Shown here: piece by piece, positions 24,668 through 37,440 of the stretch
Layout: each line of letters starts with the position of its first letter
Numbering within the stretch: position 1 is the first letter of the stretch
Source: Amphiscolops sp. MND2022
Taxonomy: Eukaryota
Length of the DNA: 64,000 bases
Direction of reading: 5' to 3'
Assembly: GCA_964187785.1 (NCBI GenBank)
Contig: OZ076413.1
Location: forward strand, 25,730,001-25,794,000
The notes under the pieces: model-generated
What the model was told of the DNA's origin: nothing
The model's database searches: none
Seen by the model: only the letters and a program-made list of their open reading frames with translations
Made by a program: the position numbers and the translations under genes

Positions 24668-25619
24668 TGAAGAGTTTTACTAAATATTTTGCTAACTAAT
24701 CAGTATCACATTCAAAATATAGCAAGGTAGCAGATTGAGTAGTCAGTAAATAGTAGTTCAAATGGCAGAGAAAATCGGTGGAATTCAAATAAAATTGATG
24801 GTTTAAATTACCAACTTGATTGTAGTTCGTTCCAAAATCCTACTGACTAATCAAGTATGACTTATCTTTTCAATTCTCAATCTATTCCATCCGGCCTCCT
24901 CATTGGCCGCACTGGTAGGTGTTGATTGTTGAATCACGTGCAAATTGCCACTGGATGGCTGATATTTGTGCCAAATGTACCTATTACACTAATTAAGTGT
25001 GAATCATAACTTTACAAGTCAGTAATTGCCTACACAGCATAATTGTAACCATGATGATGTAAAAGAGATTAACTACTACATTGATACTGCCAGCAATAAA
25101 CATAATCACAATAAATTGTATCACCGATGAATAAAACAAGAATTTTAGGCGGATTAGATGATTTCCAGCTCAAATTTGGAAATCCGATGTATAACCGATG
25201 AACTTTTTGACTATATCTACTGATATAGTGCAAATCTGGATTACTGATGTTCAAACAATGGACTCTCAAATCATACTAAATAATCCAGCAGAGTCACTAT
25301 TTTATGGATGAATTTAAGTTGAACTTTCTCATTTTCGCTTGTGGTCTAGTACGGTGATCTATATTCGATGTTTTTAAACAAGAAAACGAGAAATGTAGAG
25401 TGGGGGCGATATTTCATGTTTTAAATACACCAAACAAATTCGCTGATGGATTTGTGATGAGTTAGTTCGATAAGGCAGTAAGCTTTTTGCCTAGATGAGA
25501 AATTCCCAAAGAAATTCACAGAATATTAAACAACTAACTGAATTTTAAATTCCATCTTTTTTCATCGGTCAGGCATAAATCACTTATTCTGACAGGGAAA
25601 CTCTCCTATGATTGTGACA
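24668..25619 (-). repeat. Probable remainder of the element 1 5' LTR, split by insertion of element 2
   Basis: By the TSD this sequence was contiguous with 7645-8091; it ends in a TG-type start (minus TGTCACAATC at 25619) next to HINE B. No second copy is available to confirm. Confidence 0.4.
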
Positions 25620-25624
25620 CACCG

Positions 25625-26180
25625 TTTTTAGTCGGCGCATTTTAGTAGAAAATGTGCCCGACTATTACAGTGGGTAGTTTTTTTTAGACACGAAAGGTCC
25701 ACTTTTTTGTTCATTTGTCCAACAACCTCAAACCTCAACAACTTCAAACCTCAACAACTCCAAACTCAGAAGCGCGTCCAAAACGAAAAGAAAAAACAAA
25801 ACAGACGTCCACAACCTCGAAAACACACTAAAGATCCCACCTTAGCCCCACTGTTTTTCGGCACTATGCGACTTTTTTTTGAAGGTTTTTGGATTGCACC
25901 AGAGGGTCCCAACTTCATTTGTTTTGATATTTTGCAACACAATGGATGTCAAAAAATCGCGAAAGGGTCCCCCCGTTTACATTTTTCGGCACTGTGACAC
26001 TGTTCAAAAATCTCAATTGAAAAATTTTTTTGGAAATTTTTTCATGTCTCCAAAGGGTCTCCCCTTCAATTTTTTAAAATTTTTTGCAACCAGCTGGAGT
26101 TTCACACAGCCCGAAGGGTCCCCCTTTTAAATTTTGAGCCTTAGATATGGCGCCGACTTTGGCCGTTCTCGGCTTGTTTT
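25625..26180 (+). mobile_element. Helentron-like non-autonomous element, copy B
   Basis: Starts TTTTTAGTCGGCGC..CGACTATTACAGTG, ends AGATATGGCGCCGACTTTGGCCGTTCTCGGCTTGTTTT; AGTCGGCGC/GCGCCGACT are inverted subterminal repeats; internal TTTTCGGCACT repeats. Confidence 0.65.
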
Positions 26181-26993
26181 AATAAGTAGCAGTAGCTACT
26201 AGCATGACAGCATGATCATTTCCCTAACTGCTGGCTCATAATTAGATAATAAACAAAGTTCTCAAGCTCAGGGGGTAGGGATTAGGTTCAATAACGTAGG
26301 GTTCCGCACAACCATATATCTTAGAATATGACTTCATATTGCCCATAAGTAAATACATAAGACATGAAGTGTACATTATAAATATTAGTAGATTACATTT
26401 CTATCATGTTGGCATGACACTCTAAGTCTCAGGCTAGAAGCTTATAAAAGTTGGACCTTTCAGAGTAAAAATTGTCATCTCACAAACAAGAAAACAAAAT
26501 TACCTTTTCAAGAGTCGAGCACGTTTTCTTCAAAGAACGCAGACTAGAAACATATCTTCTCTTCGCAAGTATATACTGCATCACCAAGACTAGCCGTTTT
26601 TTTAGTTGGATGGTATGGATAATAGCCGAGAATGATTAAAGATGAATAATTTTTAGCAGAATAGGATTGAAGTCTCCAATCTAATTTGCCAAACCAATCG
26701 AGAAAGCAGCTTTGATTTCGTAACTATTATGTAACATTCAATTTCCGTAAAAAAAGTTGATGCCTGTTGATTCAGTCCTAATCTCAAGCGGCTATACTCG
26801 TGTTCGGTCAAACTCACGGCTACCCTTTAGTTACATCATAAAACTGACAAACTTTACTGCTGCCTGATTGGTTAGTTCAGCGTTGTAGAAAGCGATACGG
26901 TTTAATTTGAAACCCGTTTCCTTTTAAAACGTTGTGCATTGCAAAATCGTGTTGATTCTTCAAATTGTTTCCAAAACAACTTACTTTATTGCA

Positions 26994-27523
26994 ATGGACC
27001 TTACATTTGAACAATTGGAAGAGCAGATTGGCGGCAATGAGGATATGGTAAGACTCGTAAGGGTCTTGAAAGGTAAATTCAACTTTTTATGTTCTTCTTT
27101 AGAGGAAAAAGATCAAAAAATTAGGACATTGGAGGCCAAAATGGATGATTTCCAGCAAAAATTTGCCGATGATGTCCACTTGATTAACAATGAAATTGTG
27201 GACCTCAAAGAAAGGGTCCTGAATTCCGAAATGTACAATTCAAAGGACACTCTAATCATACAGAACCCGCCTTTATCTGATCGAAATGGAGACATTACTG
27301 GACAAGTTTTTGAATTTTTGAATCATACATTGGGATCAAAGCTGTCTAAACATGATATTTAAGCTTGCCATTACCTGGGTAAACCAGGAGAGAGTGCCAT
27401 TATCATCAAGTTTATCTACTTTGCACATAAAAATTTCCTCTGGCGTTCAAAAAAAGCCTTGAAAGGAGTTCAAAATCCCAATAATGGAAGGCCAATTTTC
27501 CTAACTGAGAGACTTCCAAAAGT
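26994..27523 (+). pseudogene. LINE ORF1p (coiled coil + RRM-like), truncated
   Basis: MDLTFEQLE...EMYNSKDTLIIQNPP...I*ACHYLGK..AIIIKF...PIFLTERLPK; same motifs as the ORF1 at 58582 (EKYSSKDCLIIENMP, ACRYL, VIMVKF, PIFIKERPPK). Confidence 0.75.
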
Positions 27524-27526
27524 ATG

Positions 27527-27900
27527 TCTATCTGATCAACGGCATCTTGACCTCTAATTTCACTATTGGTGTAATTTCCTAACATTACGTCTAAATTTTC
27601 ATTATCTGACGTTACGTCAGAATGTCTCGACCGTTTCTCTTTCCCTTTCTGCTTTCTAGTTGAAGGCATTTCAATGAGAGATTTTGAGGTTTGAACAATG
27701 AATTGAATCAAGTGGTATTGTGAATAGTATGATCGTATTCGTATTTTTGAATTGATAACATTACTGGAAATCTGCATATATATAGTAACTACAGCATGAC
27801 AAACGATATTTAGGGTGTCATGAACCTAAAATAACCGTGATTTCATTACTTAAAATTGCGCCGTCTTGAGTGTTACTAAAAATAGCAAAAAGGGTCAAAT
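27527..27900 (-). mobile_element. Gypsy LTR fragment containing a gag start
   Basis: MPSTRKQKGKEKRSRHSDVTSDNENLDVMLGN (ATG 27667-27669), similar in style to MPEKSQKRKLRSDQSSSLEN; TATATATA ~110 nt upstream; left boundary truncates the LINE ORF1, right boundary approximate. Confidence 0.5.
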
Positions 27901-29315
27901 GAACCTTACGTCACTTGCTTTATGATCTATAAATAGAGGCAACAATGAACAATGTACAAAGTTTACATGACAACAATAACATTTCATGCAATTAGAACGA
28001 TATTGAGCTAAATGGACCGATGGTCCAAGCGGCGGCAGTAACATACTAGTAACTGCAATTTGATTGGCTAATGCCAATTTGGACAACGCGTCAACTTGAC
28101 GGAAGCGCTGTACCAGTTGAACGCGTTTCCTACTTTATTGGCAGTTTACATTAGCACTTGCTCAGAATTATTTGTAATTCAATAACAACAGCAAACAATT
28201 AGCTACACGTTAGTTTACTAGTTCACAACAGGTGGAATATAACATAAATAGTATCATGTATTATTAAATAATAATACTATATCCACAAGTAAGCACATGC
28301 CGTCAAGTTGACCTTAGGTAGTTGACCTTGTAGTTAAGTTGCTCACAATGATCATATTATTTATCATATCAGTAAAATATCAAAATATATAACTAAATGA
28401 AATTGTTTCAGAGTGTTTTAAGTCCCTTTTATATAGGTAGTACTCCGGGGAGGGGCGCTGTCATATCACTTTCTGGAGTGATCTGGTATGTCAGGCCGTC
28501 GCAGGCGGCAGCCTGCGACATTAATGAATTCACTAAAAATAGTGACGTAAAACAAAAAAATACTGAAACGGGACTAAAATAGCAATGCTATCGATGTTAC
28601 AATCTATTCTGGACTGGATTCAGCTTTTTGAGATTGACATATAATTGTTCAAATTTGGTAATCAGGATACTGCATTTAGTTGTCGTTTCAGTTTTGGGTC
28701 TGATGACAACAACTCCTGTGCAATGTGGATGGCTTGGTTAGTTCTACTCCATTAATTGTATTTTTTTTCACTCTTAGCAATGAAGAAATTGCTATGATAA
28801 TACGGTAGCAAAAAATCAGAAAAGTCGCCAAAGTATGATAATCTTCATGCTAAAAATGGATTGTAATGCATACGAAACATCGAACTCCTGGGAGAAGCAA
28901 AAGTCTTTCAAACTAGGCAGTCTCTTCTTATTTAAAAAAATCAAAACCACTTTCTGAACATTGTCAGAAGCATAAAAATCAAAAATGATATATTTTCGGT
29001 TGTTCAATTTACGATATCTTCAATTCACATTTCAACGGGTTTTCATGCTTTTTTTGAATATTGAACTTCTACAATTGTCATCAACTATTTATTTCTAGAA
29101 ACTAGCATGCCTGACAATCTTTTCCAACGTTTTCATTGAAAAAGGAAGTATTTTTGTTCGGACGTTTCCTTCTACACCAAATTTTCTCCATGTCGTTTTG
29201 AAGCATTCACCACGTTTTTTGATACAATTCTTCATTTTCTCTGAAACTTTTCAGCATTCATCTTCACCAATTTAACAAGCTGCGAAAAACATAAGGCGGT
29301 AGCACACTTAGAGGT

Positions 29316-32300
29316 TTAGAGGTTATGAGCCGAAAAGATGTTTGTAATCATCCTTTCTGTTAATTAAAACAGAGAACATTAAAAGAGATTGGGCAACTGA
29401 ATGCAAGCAATGGAAATCAACAAATTGGAGGTAAGTCAACTTTAAGTATCTATCACACCTTGATCGCACCGAAAATTTAACAAATGGAAACAATTGACTG
29501 TCAATAGAACAAATGGTATAACAACTGAATGGATGAATTTTTTGTTGAAACTCCCCATTTTACGGTGCTATGTCAAGGTCACAGATAGTTTTAGTCAAAA
29601 GTGCTGTTTTCATTTTCCCAAGAGATTTTGTTAGCAGATATGCCAGCATTCTTTTGATAGGTAAAAATTTTAGTAAAATTTGGCCTTTTCCTGTTTTTTT
29701 TTCCTGAAGGAAGAAAAATTTTATGGCAAAACGCTTCGTCTTGCTATGAATCATCGAGTGTTTGCTCAGAGCTACGCGTAATTGATTGTCAATAAACACG
29801 CTCACTGGTTTAGACACACTAACTACAAGCTCACTCAACACATCACAAACCTACGTAAACTCCCGTACAGCAACAGTTTAAGCATTTTGACTTCAGTTTC
29901 AGCTGTTGACCGTGCAACACTAGCTGGCAACTTACTCGTCCAACACACTCAACCACTCACACTATTCAATTTCACACATACACCACTCGTACTCTTTCTC
30001 AATGTCAACTCACCCACCGAATTTGCATCAGCGAAAGTACACACAGACACACCACCTTCACACATTCTAAACACGAGTTCATGTTGGAAACTGCTCAAAA
30101 GGCATGAGCAATGTCAGGAGCACTGCTAAGTGCTAAGTAGTTTAAACTACCAATTAATCCTCTGAAGTCTCTTCGTTTGATCATGCTTCGTTCGTCATTT
30201 TGCTGTTGTTGGTTACTTTCTCGATCAAACGGTGTTTTCTGATAACGGACTTCGTACTGATTTACACTCTTCCATGTTGAAGCGTTTCAGAAGATCGTCA
30301 ATGTACTTCTCCTGACTCACTGCTATTTCACCTTCTTTAACGTCTAATTTCATCCAGAGAAACCAATGTAAAGAACTACAGCACACAACACACAAATCAT
30401 CACCAGTTCCTCGAACAAACAAGCACTTGTTATTTATACACGTCTGGAATCCGACGTCTCTAGGAACAACTTCAGTGTTATACACCAGTTGTGACAAGAC
30501 TGTTTAGGTCCGTATAAAGCCTTGCAATTTAAAATACTCTTGGTTACCTTCGTTACTTTTCAATTCGATGCGTTCCGGTTGTTCCAAATAGACTTTTTCT
30601 TCTTTGTCTGCATTCAAATATGCTGTAGATGTCCATATGTCTTGGTTGCACTTGATACTGCGCTGCAAGGTTCAACAGAACTCGTATCGTGGACATTCTT
30701 GCGGTTGGTTAACAGGTTTTGAAGGAATCGCGACCCTCAACTTGTGAAAAACCTTTCGCAACAAATCTCGTTTTGCATTTCTTGGAATTTCCCTCTTGGT
30801 TGTGTTTCTTAGTGAAGTGCCATTTTCTTTCAGTGGCTTTGTTCCTTTCGGTAGTTTCTCTAATGTCCAAACTTGGTTGCTACAGAAGGAGTCGAAATCA
30901 GTTTTCATTGCTTGTTTCCTTTGAGGATCTTTCAATGCTTCTTGAACGGAACTTGGTAGCTTAGTAACAGTCTGACTTGGTTCCTTCTTTGCACTGAATG
31001 ACACTTCATCGCCTACAACAACATGACCTTGATTGGACGGGATGTTGCTCGCACTTGGGTAACCTTGTTTGGATCTAAAGTAAAACTCATCCTCATTGAA
31101 CCTCACACTTCTTGTTTTGATGATCTTGGTAGCACTGTTTTCCTCTGTTCCAACTACGTACGATTAGCTGTTCTCTGCGAAACCTAGAAAGACTCCAACT
31201 TTTGCTCTTTCGTCGAATTTTCTTCTAAACTGCTTCTCTACGAAACTATAAATTTTGCAGCCAATTACTTTGATGAAGCTCAAACTTGGCTTTTCACCGT
31301 TCATCCTCTCATACGGTGTTTGCTTTGTTGCTGCCTGTAAGAGCAAGTTTTTGATGTAAAATGCATACTTTAGTGCGTATTTCCAATATTCTTTGTCCAT
31401 GTTGGCGCGATGGATCATAAACCTCGCCCTTCCACAAATGGTTCCCCAGACTCATTTCTCCGCCAACAAACTCATTCGCACAGTTATGATAACACTTGGT
31501 TGCCGTATAACCCCAGAGTACTGCTCAAATTTCGCAGCCACTCCGTCGCGGTTTTTCATGTAGTAAATTTTCCCGTAGCGATCTTGGAATCCGATGGCTT
31601 ACCTATGACCATCCACCAAAACTGGTGCCACATAGTCCAATGTCTTTTTGGCCCACGTAACGCACTCCTGGAAACAGTTCTTTTTTGACTTTGTTAACCT
31701 CACACACTTCACACACGAACACGTCATATTTACACACTACCATTCCAACAAGATACTCTTTCAACTTTTTCAAATCCTCACAGTTATTATGACCAAGTCG
31801 ATCATGCCACTTACTTAATTTACTGGAGAGGGACGTCTCATGCTTGGTTGCTCTCAAATGTGGCACTATTCTACAAACGAATAAAATGTTTTCATGCTCA
31901 ACGCTAGGTTTCTGTCGTACGCCGTCACGTAAAAAGCATCGTTCAACTCCACTCTTCTCACGTTACATTCACTATCCTTCACACAGAGGACAGCACGGCC
32001 TCTTCCACGCAGTTTGGACTCCGTTTTGTTAGCAAATCCTACTACGTTTTCTATCTTCTCATTTAGTTCTGTGAACAGCTTCCTGTCTTTGATCAGTTGT
32101 TCCGTGCAACCACTATCCACCACCAAGTCATTGTTACTCACTTCAAAATCCTCTTTTGCAAAGAATGAAAATTGGATCTCGTCATTTTCACCTGAATCAT
32201 TTTGCTGCACAGCTAACCTCGCCTCATCGGTGCCTTGATTGCGTCGGTTTCTTCTCATTTTGAAACAGGTGTTTAAGGTGTGTCCTTTTCTCTTACAGGT

Positions 32301-33871
32301 TTTACAAAATCGTTCCGGCATTCGATATTTGCAATCGCGGGATGTCACGTGCCAAGGACAGTCCTTTGCTATTTGTCCCAGTTTAATGCATTTGAAACAG
32401 ACGCAAAAATGCCCGAAACCCTTGGTTTGCTCAGTATCTGCTCTCTCTTTTTGTTACACTCAAATTGTTTGTGACCTGGTCCTCCACAGAGAACGTGGTC
32501 CTTCACACGGAACCACTGAGGAACGTGGTTTCTTCTGCACTTCGTTTCCTTCGGTAGATGTCGAAACTTATCAGATCTCTCTTCACCTCACCCAAAGTCT
32601 TTGTTTATTTGGTACACTTTACGAGGGCACAAAATGTCTCGAACTCCTTGGGAAGAACTTTTAAACAAATTGATTTACACCTTAGCCCGCTCAGCGCTTC
32701 CTCCATTTGACCTAAATTGTATTGTCGGCCTTCAGCTCGCGTTATGTAATCAACAATGGCTTCATTTTGACCTTTTCTAAATGAGGTCAGTTTTTCAATC
32801 AGCTGCTGCAACCGACGACGCTCAAGGCTCTTAAAACTGTCAGACAAAGCTTTCCACGCAGCTGGACCATCACCTTTGTGAAATCTCACGAACACTTTTT
32901 ATCCAAGCATTGTAACAATTCACACCATATTTTATACTTTTTGCCTGCAAAAACTTTTTTGTCTGCAAAATAACGGCTGCTTTTTCTCTGCTTTCCATTG
33001 CTTGTTTTTGATATACAAGACTCTACACCTCGACTCCCATTCAGCACACCAAACAGTCTAACAAACACATCCTAGCCTCAAACTGTTCACAAACCTTAAC
33101 AAAGTCATCTCTTCTCTCCTCGAAAAGTTGGGAATCTCCATGTTCTTTTGCGCACTCACAGCCATGACAGTTAAACATGCAGCACTCGCTACAAACACTC
33201 AGATATCAAATTTTCATCGAATTTTTCAAATCAATATTTAAACAAAAACATTAGGCAGCCTTTTTTTCTATTTTGGAATGAGAACAAGTTAATTCCTCTC
33301 CGGGAATTCTGCTACCAAACCACAAGTGATTTTATTTCACTACTGTTCAATCAAACAGTTGGAAATCCTATTTTATGTTATGTTTCATTATCGAGAAGCC
33401 AAATGAAAATAGTTTTTTGCAGGAAATCGTTTTTGAGGGGAATTTCTTATATGATGAGGGCACTAGTTTATTAAAGAATTCAATGTTTTCGTAATAGTTT
33501 CAAAAGTTTTTCAGGGCTCAAAAAGTTTTCGTGAGGATGTTAATGTGGCTTCTCTAATGTACCAATAAATCACTAGGGACCACAGACTCAAGTGGAAACG
33601 TTCTGGGCCTATAACCTTGGGGGTTATGAGCTGAAAAGATGTTTGTAATCATCATTTCTGTCAAGTAATATCGAGAACTTTAAGAGAAATTGGGCAACTG
33701 AATGGAAGCAATGGAAATCAACATTTTGGAGGTAAACTGACAATTTGGAGGTACAACTTTAAGTATGTATCACACTTTGATCGCACCGAAAATATAACTA
33801 TTGGAAACAATTGACTGTGGAACAATGGAACAAATGATATAACAACTGAATGGATGAATCTTTTGTTGAAA
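29316..33871 (-). mobile_element. Decayed Ty1/Copia LTR retrotransposon
   Basis: Knuckles (CFKC..GQIAKDC, CKTCKRKGHTLNTC), protease VVDSGCT, WHDRLGH..CEVC, integrase YWKYAL..TPYERMNGEKP..IGC, RT, RNase H ..LLTKSLG in Copia PR-IN-RT-RH order; repeats ~29316-29550 and ~33617-33871. Confidence 0.9.
33603..33616 (-). promoter_or_regulatory. Copia-type internal tRNA-iMet primer-binding site
   Basis: Minus GGTTATAGGCCCAG vs GGTTATGGGCCCAG of Drosophila copia, directly after the LTR. Confidence 0.75.
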
Positions 33872-33991
33872 CTCCCCGTTTTTCGGTGCTATGACAAGGA
33901 CACAGAAAATCTTAGTGAAAAGTGCTGTTTTCATTTTCCCAAGATGTTTTGTTAGCAGATCTGCCGGCATTCTGTTGGTAGGTAAAATTTT
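33872..33991 (-). pseudogene. 3' end (RNase H tail + PPT) of a second Copia copy
   Basis: MPADLLTKHLGKMKTALFTKIF..GGGGAG, homologous to 29551-29666. Confidence 0.8.
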
Positions 33992-34907
33992 GTTGTTCTT
34001 GTTTCAGATTACTTGGATGACGATTACATTGCTTCTTTCGCCTCTCAATGGGGTTAGTAAATCGAACGTCAAAGTATTTATTTCCTATGCATGTTGATGT
34101 ATCACGAACCCGGTTACGAATTTTGATTTTGAGCTTACAAATGGTAGGATTTCAACCTTCGAAAGTAATGATTGTACCGTGATTTATATAAATGTAAAAA
34201 AAACTGATTTGTATGTAATTTGCGTCCGGTCGACTGCATAGTGGCTGGTTTGAGTAGTCTGTTGGTTGTTTTTTTTGTTACTGGTCTACTGGTATAGTGG
34301 CTGGTATGGGGCCCCTACTTTCGTTGCAGACCACGGGTGTGTGTCTCCTCCCCCCAACATGATGATACACATGATACACTTGATTGATGACGAATATCCG
34401 TGATATCTGATAAAGAGAAAGTTAAAAAAATTTGCGTGAATAATCGTGGGCATTGAAGCAATTTCTGACACACGCGGCTTTTAAAAACTTGAAGACAGCG
34501 GAAAAAGTTTTTAAAGTATATTGAACTTTTAAACCGTGGTCAGTGCTACAAGATAGATCATAAGTATACTATAGTCTCTACAAAAATGAAGCTACAATCC
34601 AGTTCGGTACTTCTTTAGTTTTAGCCACTTGTTAGGAAACTAAGCTTCATAGTTTTTGCAGTTCCTGGGTTTTAATTGACGGTGTTGTCCAGTTTTCCTT
34701 TGAAGGCTGCGTGGCAATGGTATTTTTTGATTCCAGTAAAATTCACAATTTCGGTCAGCTAAAATCGTCCTGGAAGTATTGTAAGCTATTCCGTTAATTT
34801 GCTGAAAATAAACGTTGTTTTGCGTTTGTGAGGTACGAATTATATCGATGAAGAGAGGTGGAAGAAGATAAATCGATTCCATAGTCACATCAAAGACAGA
34901 TTATTTT

Positions 34908-35600
34908 TGTTACGGACTACGTTCGTTCCGCTATTTTGTGTACTGCCTACTCTGACAGACTTAGTAGGCGTATAGAATCTTCTGGTCGCATTTTCCTGAG
35001 TCGATTCCGGTTCTTTGTTTCGTTTTTCTCGTTCCTAAGTTTTTGGAGTTTTAACAGTTCCTACTGAGATTCCACAAGTAGATTTTTGATTTCAGACGGT
35101 ATGTCTTCGTTTATAGACGCTCTCAACTTCTCTAACACACTGTGTCCGCCCTTGGGAGATTTTGGACAAAAAGGACCGGCTATCACCGTGTCTTGCTTGC
35201 CTAAACCTACGATTTGAACCAGAACCAGGGCAATTGGGTTTGAACTTACGATCTCTGTGATCTCCTGCTGCGAAGTCTCCCTCTTTCGGCTTCTACTTGA
35301 CATCTTTTTCAAAGCTTTTTGTTTTGTTTTGTGATTGGATGCAAATATTGTTTTGAATTTGTTTTAGCATGAGTTTGCTACGTAAAGTTATTTGTAGAAA
35401 CAGAAATGGATGCGCACATTATAGTTTACAAGTTCAAAAGTATATCTACTCGCCTAGCATCACGTGTTCATACTCGCGTACCTTAATTTCCTTCGAGATA
35501 TTCGTCATTTCTTGTGATTTCATGTCGAAACTGTATTTAGAAATCTCCAGAAACAAGTTGACATTTAGTCAATTTTCATAATCTCCCCACAGTTAGGTCA
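34908..35600 (-). mobile_element. Solo/partial Gypsy LTR containing a gag start
   Basis: MSSRSRKRETSQQE..LEKLRASINEDIPSEIKNLLVESQ; ends ..GTCCGTAACA with no PBS after it; right boundary uncertain. Confidence 0.45.
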
Positions 35601-36872
35601 TCACACATCATCATATCATTTCATTCCGGCATTGTTTTGATTTCTTTGCAGCAGAAAGTACTTCGTTTCATCAAACTGGAAATAATCCTCATATTTTTAT
35701 TGGGATTCCTCTACTGCTACTTGAATTGGCGGGGAAAACGACGCAAATCTAACGCTGGCGTAAACAACTAAGCCCCCAATTCTGATTTTCAACAGGGAAT
35801 ATTACGCATATTTGCAAAACGCACATTTTGATGATGCTAGGAAAAGGAATTAAAAACTTTTTAAAAAGAAATTAAAGAAGCAGATTGTTTTAAAATGGCA
35901 GCAATTACCATATTTCAATAGAAAGCTGCATTTATGAAAGGTACGTGTGAGCAACATTGATTAACGACGTGTTAACGTCAAGTACAATCCAAACTTAGAG
36001 TAACAAATGAGAAGCAACGGGAATTGACACAACATTTTTTATCAGGCATTTATATCGCCTAAGAGACGTACTCCATCGAATGAAACACATTACAAATAGC
36101 AGTCAGCAAATTAACTTATCAAAATTTTTTTCCATGGACTTTTGGACATGATAAAATGAGCATGAGAGATGACTTCCTTAATTCAACCATACCGAAAACA
36201 TCGTACCTTCAAGTTATTCCGAGCCTAAGTACCATGTTCTGTTCGAATTCTTTCTTGCTTGACTCACCGTCGTCACGAATCTTTGATTTCTTGAACGTTG
36301 GCACCAGTGTTCACGTATTCTTGACGTAAAATCAAATTCAGTTTTAACCTAAAAGTTGCAACTAAAGGCTGACGAAGATTCAATCTTCTTTACTGACGTA
36401 GTGTAGATTTGAATAAGCCTGGCTGAAATGTTGGTGGCGTAGCAACTACCAGCTTTGACCTATCTAACTACACCTTGACAGGACTGTGACGTCACAGGCT
36501 TATTCTCTGAACTTGTCTACGCTGTTGTGACGTCACGCATACAGTAATGTTCAACGGCGCTCCCAATAATTGTTTACACAAAGAACTTTCCTTGTTCTGG
36601 TTCGAACTAACTGCTCTTCAAACTGCAATTTAGCTGCCCTGGTCAGAAAAACCTAATGCTTGGTGGTTTGGACTTATTTTCTCTTTTGGAGTTAGCTACG
36701 GTTAGTTTCAAATGTGTATTCCAGTTATGTTTTCATTTACGTAACTGAAACCTCTGAACGAAATGCGTGATGTTCTTTCATATTTCTCTTTTGGTATTTT
36801 GTTCTTCGTTTTTCAGATTTGCCAATATTTGGCTAATCAGAGCCTGTTTTTTACCTCATTAATTTTTCGCCT

Positions 36873-37294
36873 CAACCGTGTCCGCGTTCGACCCCTACGC
36901 GTCGGCATCTACAATCCAGGCCGGGCGCGGACTATGACAATCTAGTCAACTTTCGAATTTTTTTGCCAAGTATTTTCCCTTCCCTCTAGAGTTTCTACTA
37001 TTGCTTTTCCAGGTGGTTTGACTTGAGCCATTTTCGGTGAATGCGCTAAACGAGGCTGTGTCTTGTTATTCAGTTGATTACTTAAGTAATCAACTGAATA
37101 ACAAGACACAGCCTCGTTTAGCGCATTCACCGAAAATGGCTCAAGTCAAACCACCTGGAAAAGCAATAGTAGAAACTCTAGAGGGAAGGGAAAATACTTG
37201 GCAAAAAAATTCGAAAGTTGACTAGATTGTCATAGTCCGCGCCCGGCCTGGATTGTAGATGCCGACGCGTAGGGGTCGAACGCGGACACGGTTG
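36873..37294. repeat. 422-bp DNA palindrome, no spacer
   Basis: Centre GATTACTT|AAGTAATC at 37083/37084; identical mirrored ORFs 36942-37130(-) and 37037-37225(+); no mismatch seen by eye. Confidence 0.95.
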
Positions 37295-37440
37295 TGACCG
37301 AGACTACACCGCGTACATGTAATACATGTCAGCTTTACGGTCAATGATCGTGCTACGGAATCAAAATTTCGATTCCGTAGCACGAGCATTGACCGTAAAG
37401 CTGACATGTATTACATGTACGCGGTGTAGTCTCGGTCACA
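37293..37440. repeat. 148-bp near-perfect palindrome (2 mismatches)
   Basis: TGTGACCGAGACTACACC...AAA|TTT...GGTGTAGTCTCGGTCACA, centre 37366/37367. Confidence 0.95.

Noticed and set aside
28600-29280. Possible decayed DNA transposase
   Set aside because: Only a weak LPNL-like hint among many stops; no TIRs.
36942-37225. Two identical 62-aa ORFs on opposite strands
   Set aside because: Consequence of the palindrome; no evidence of coding.
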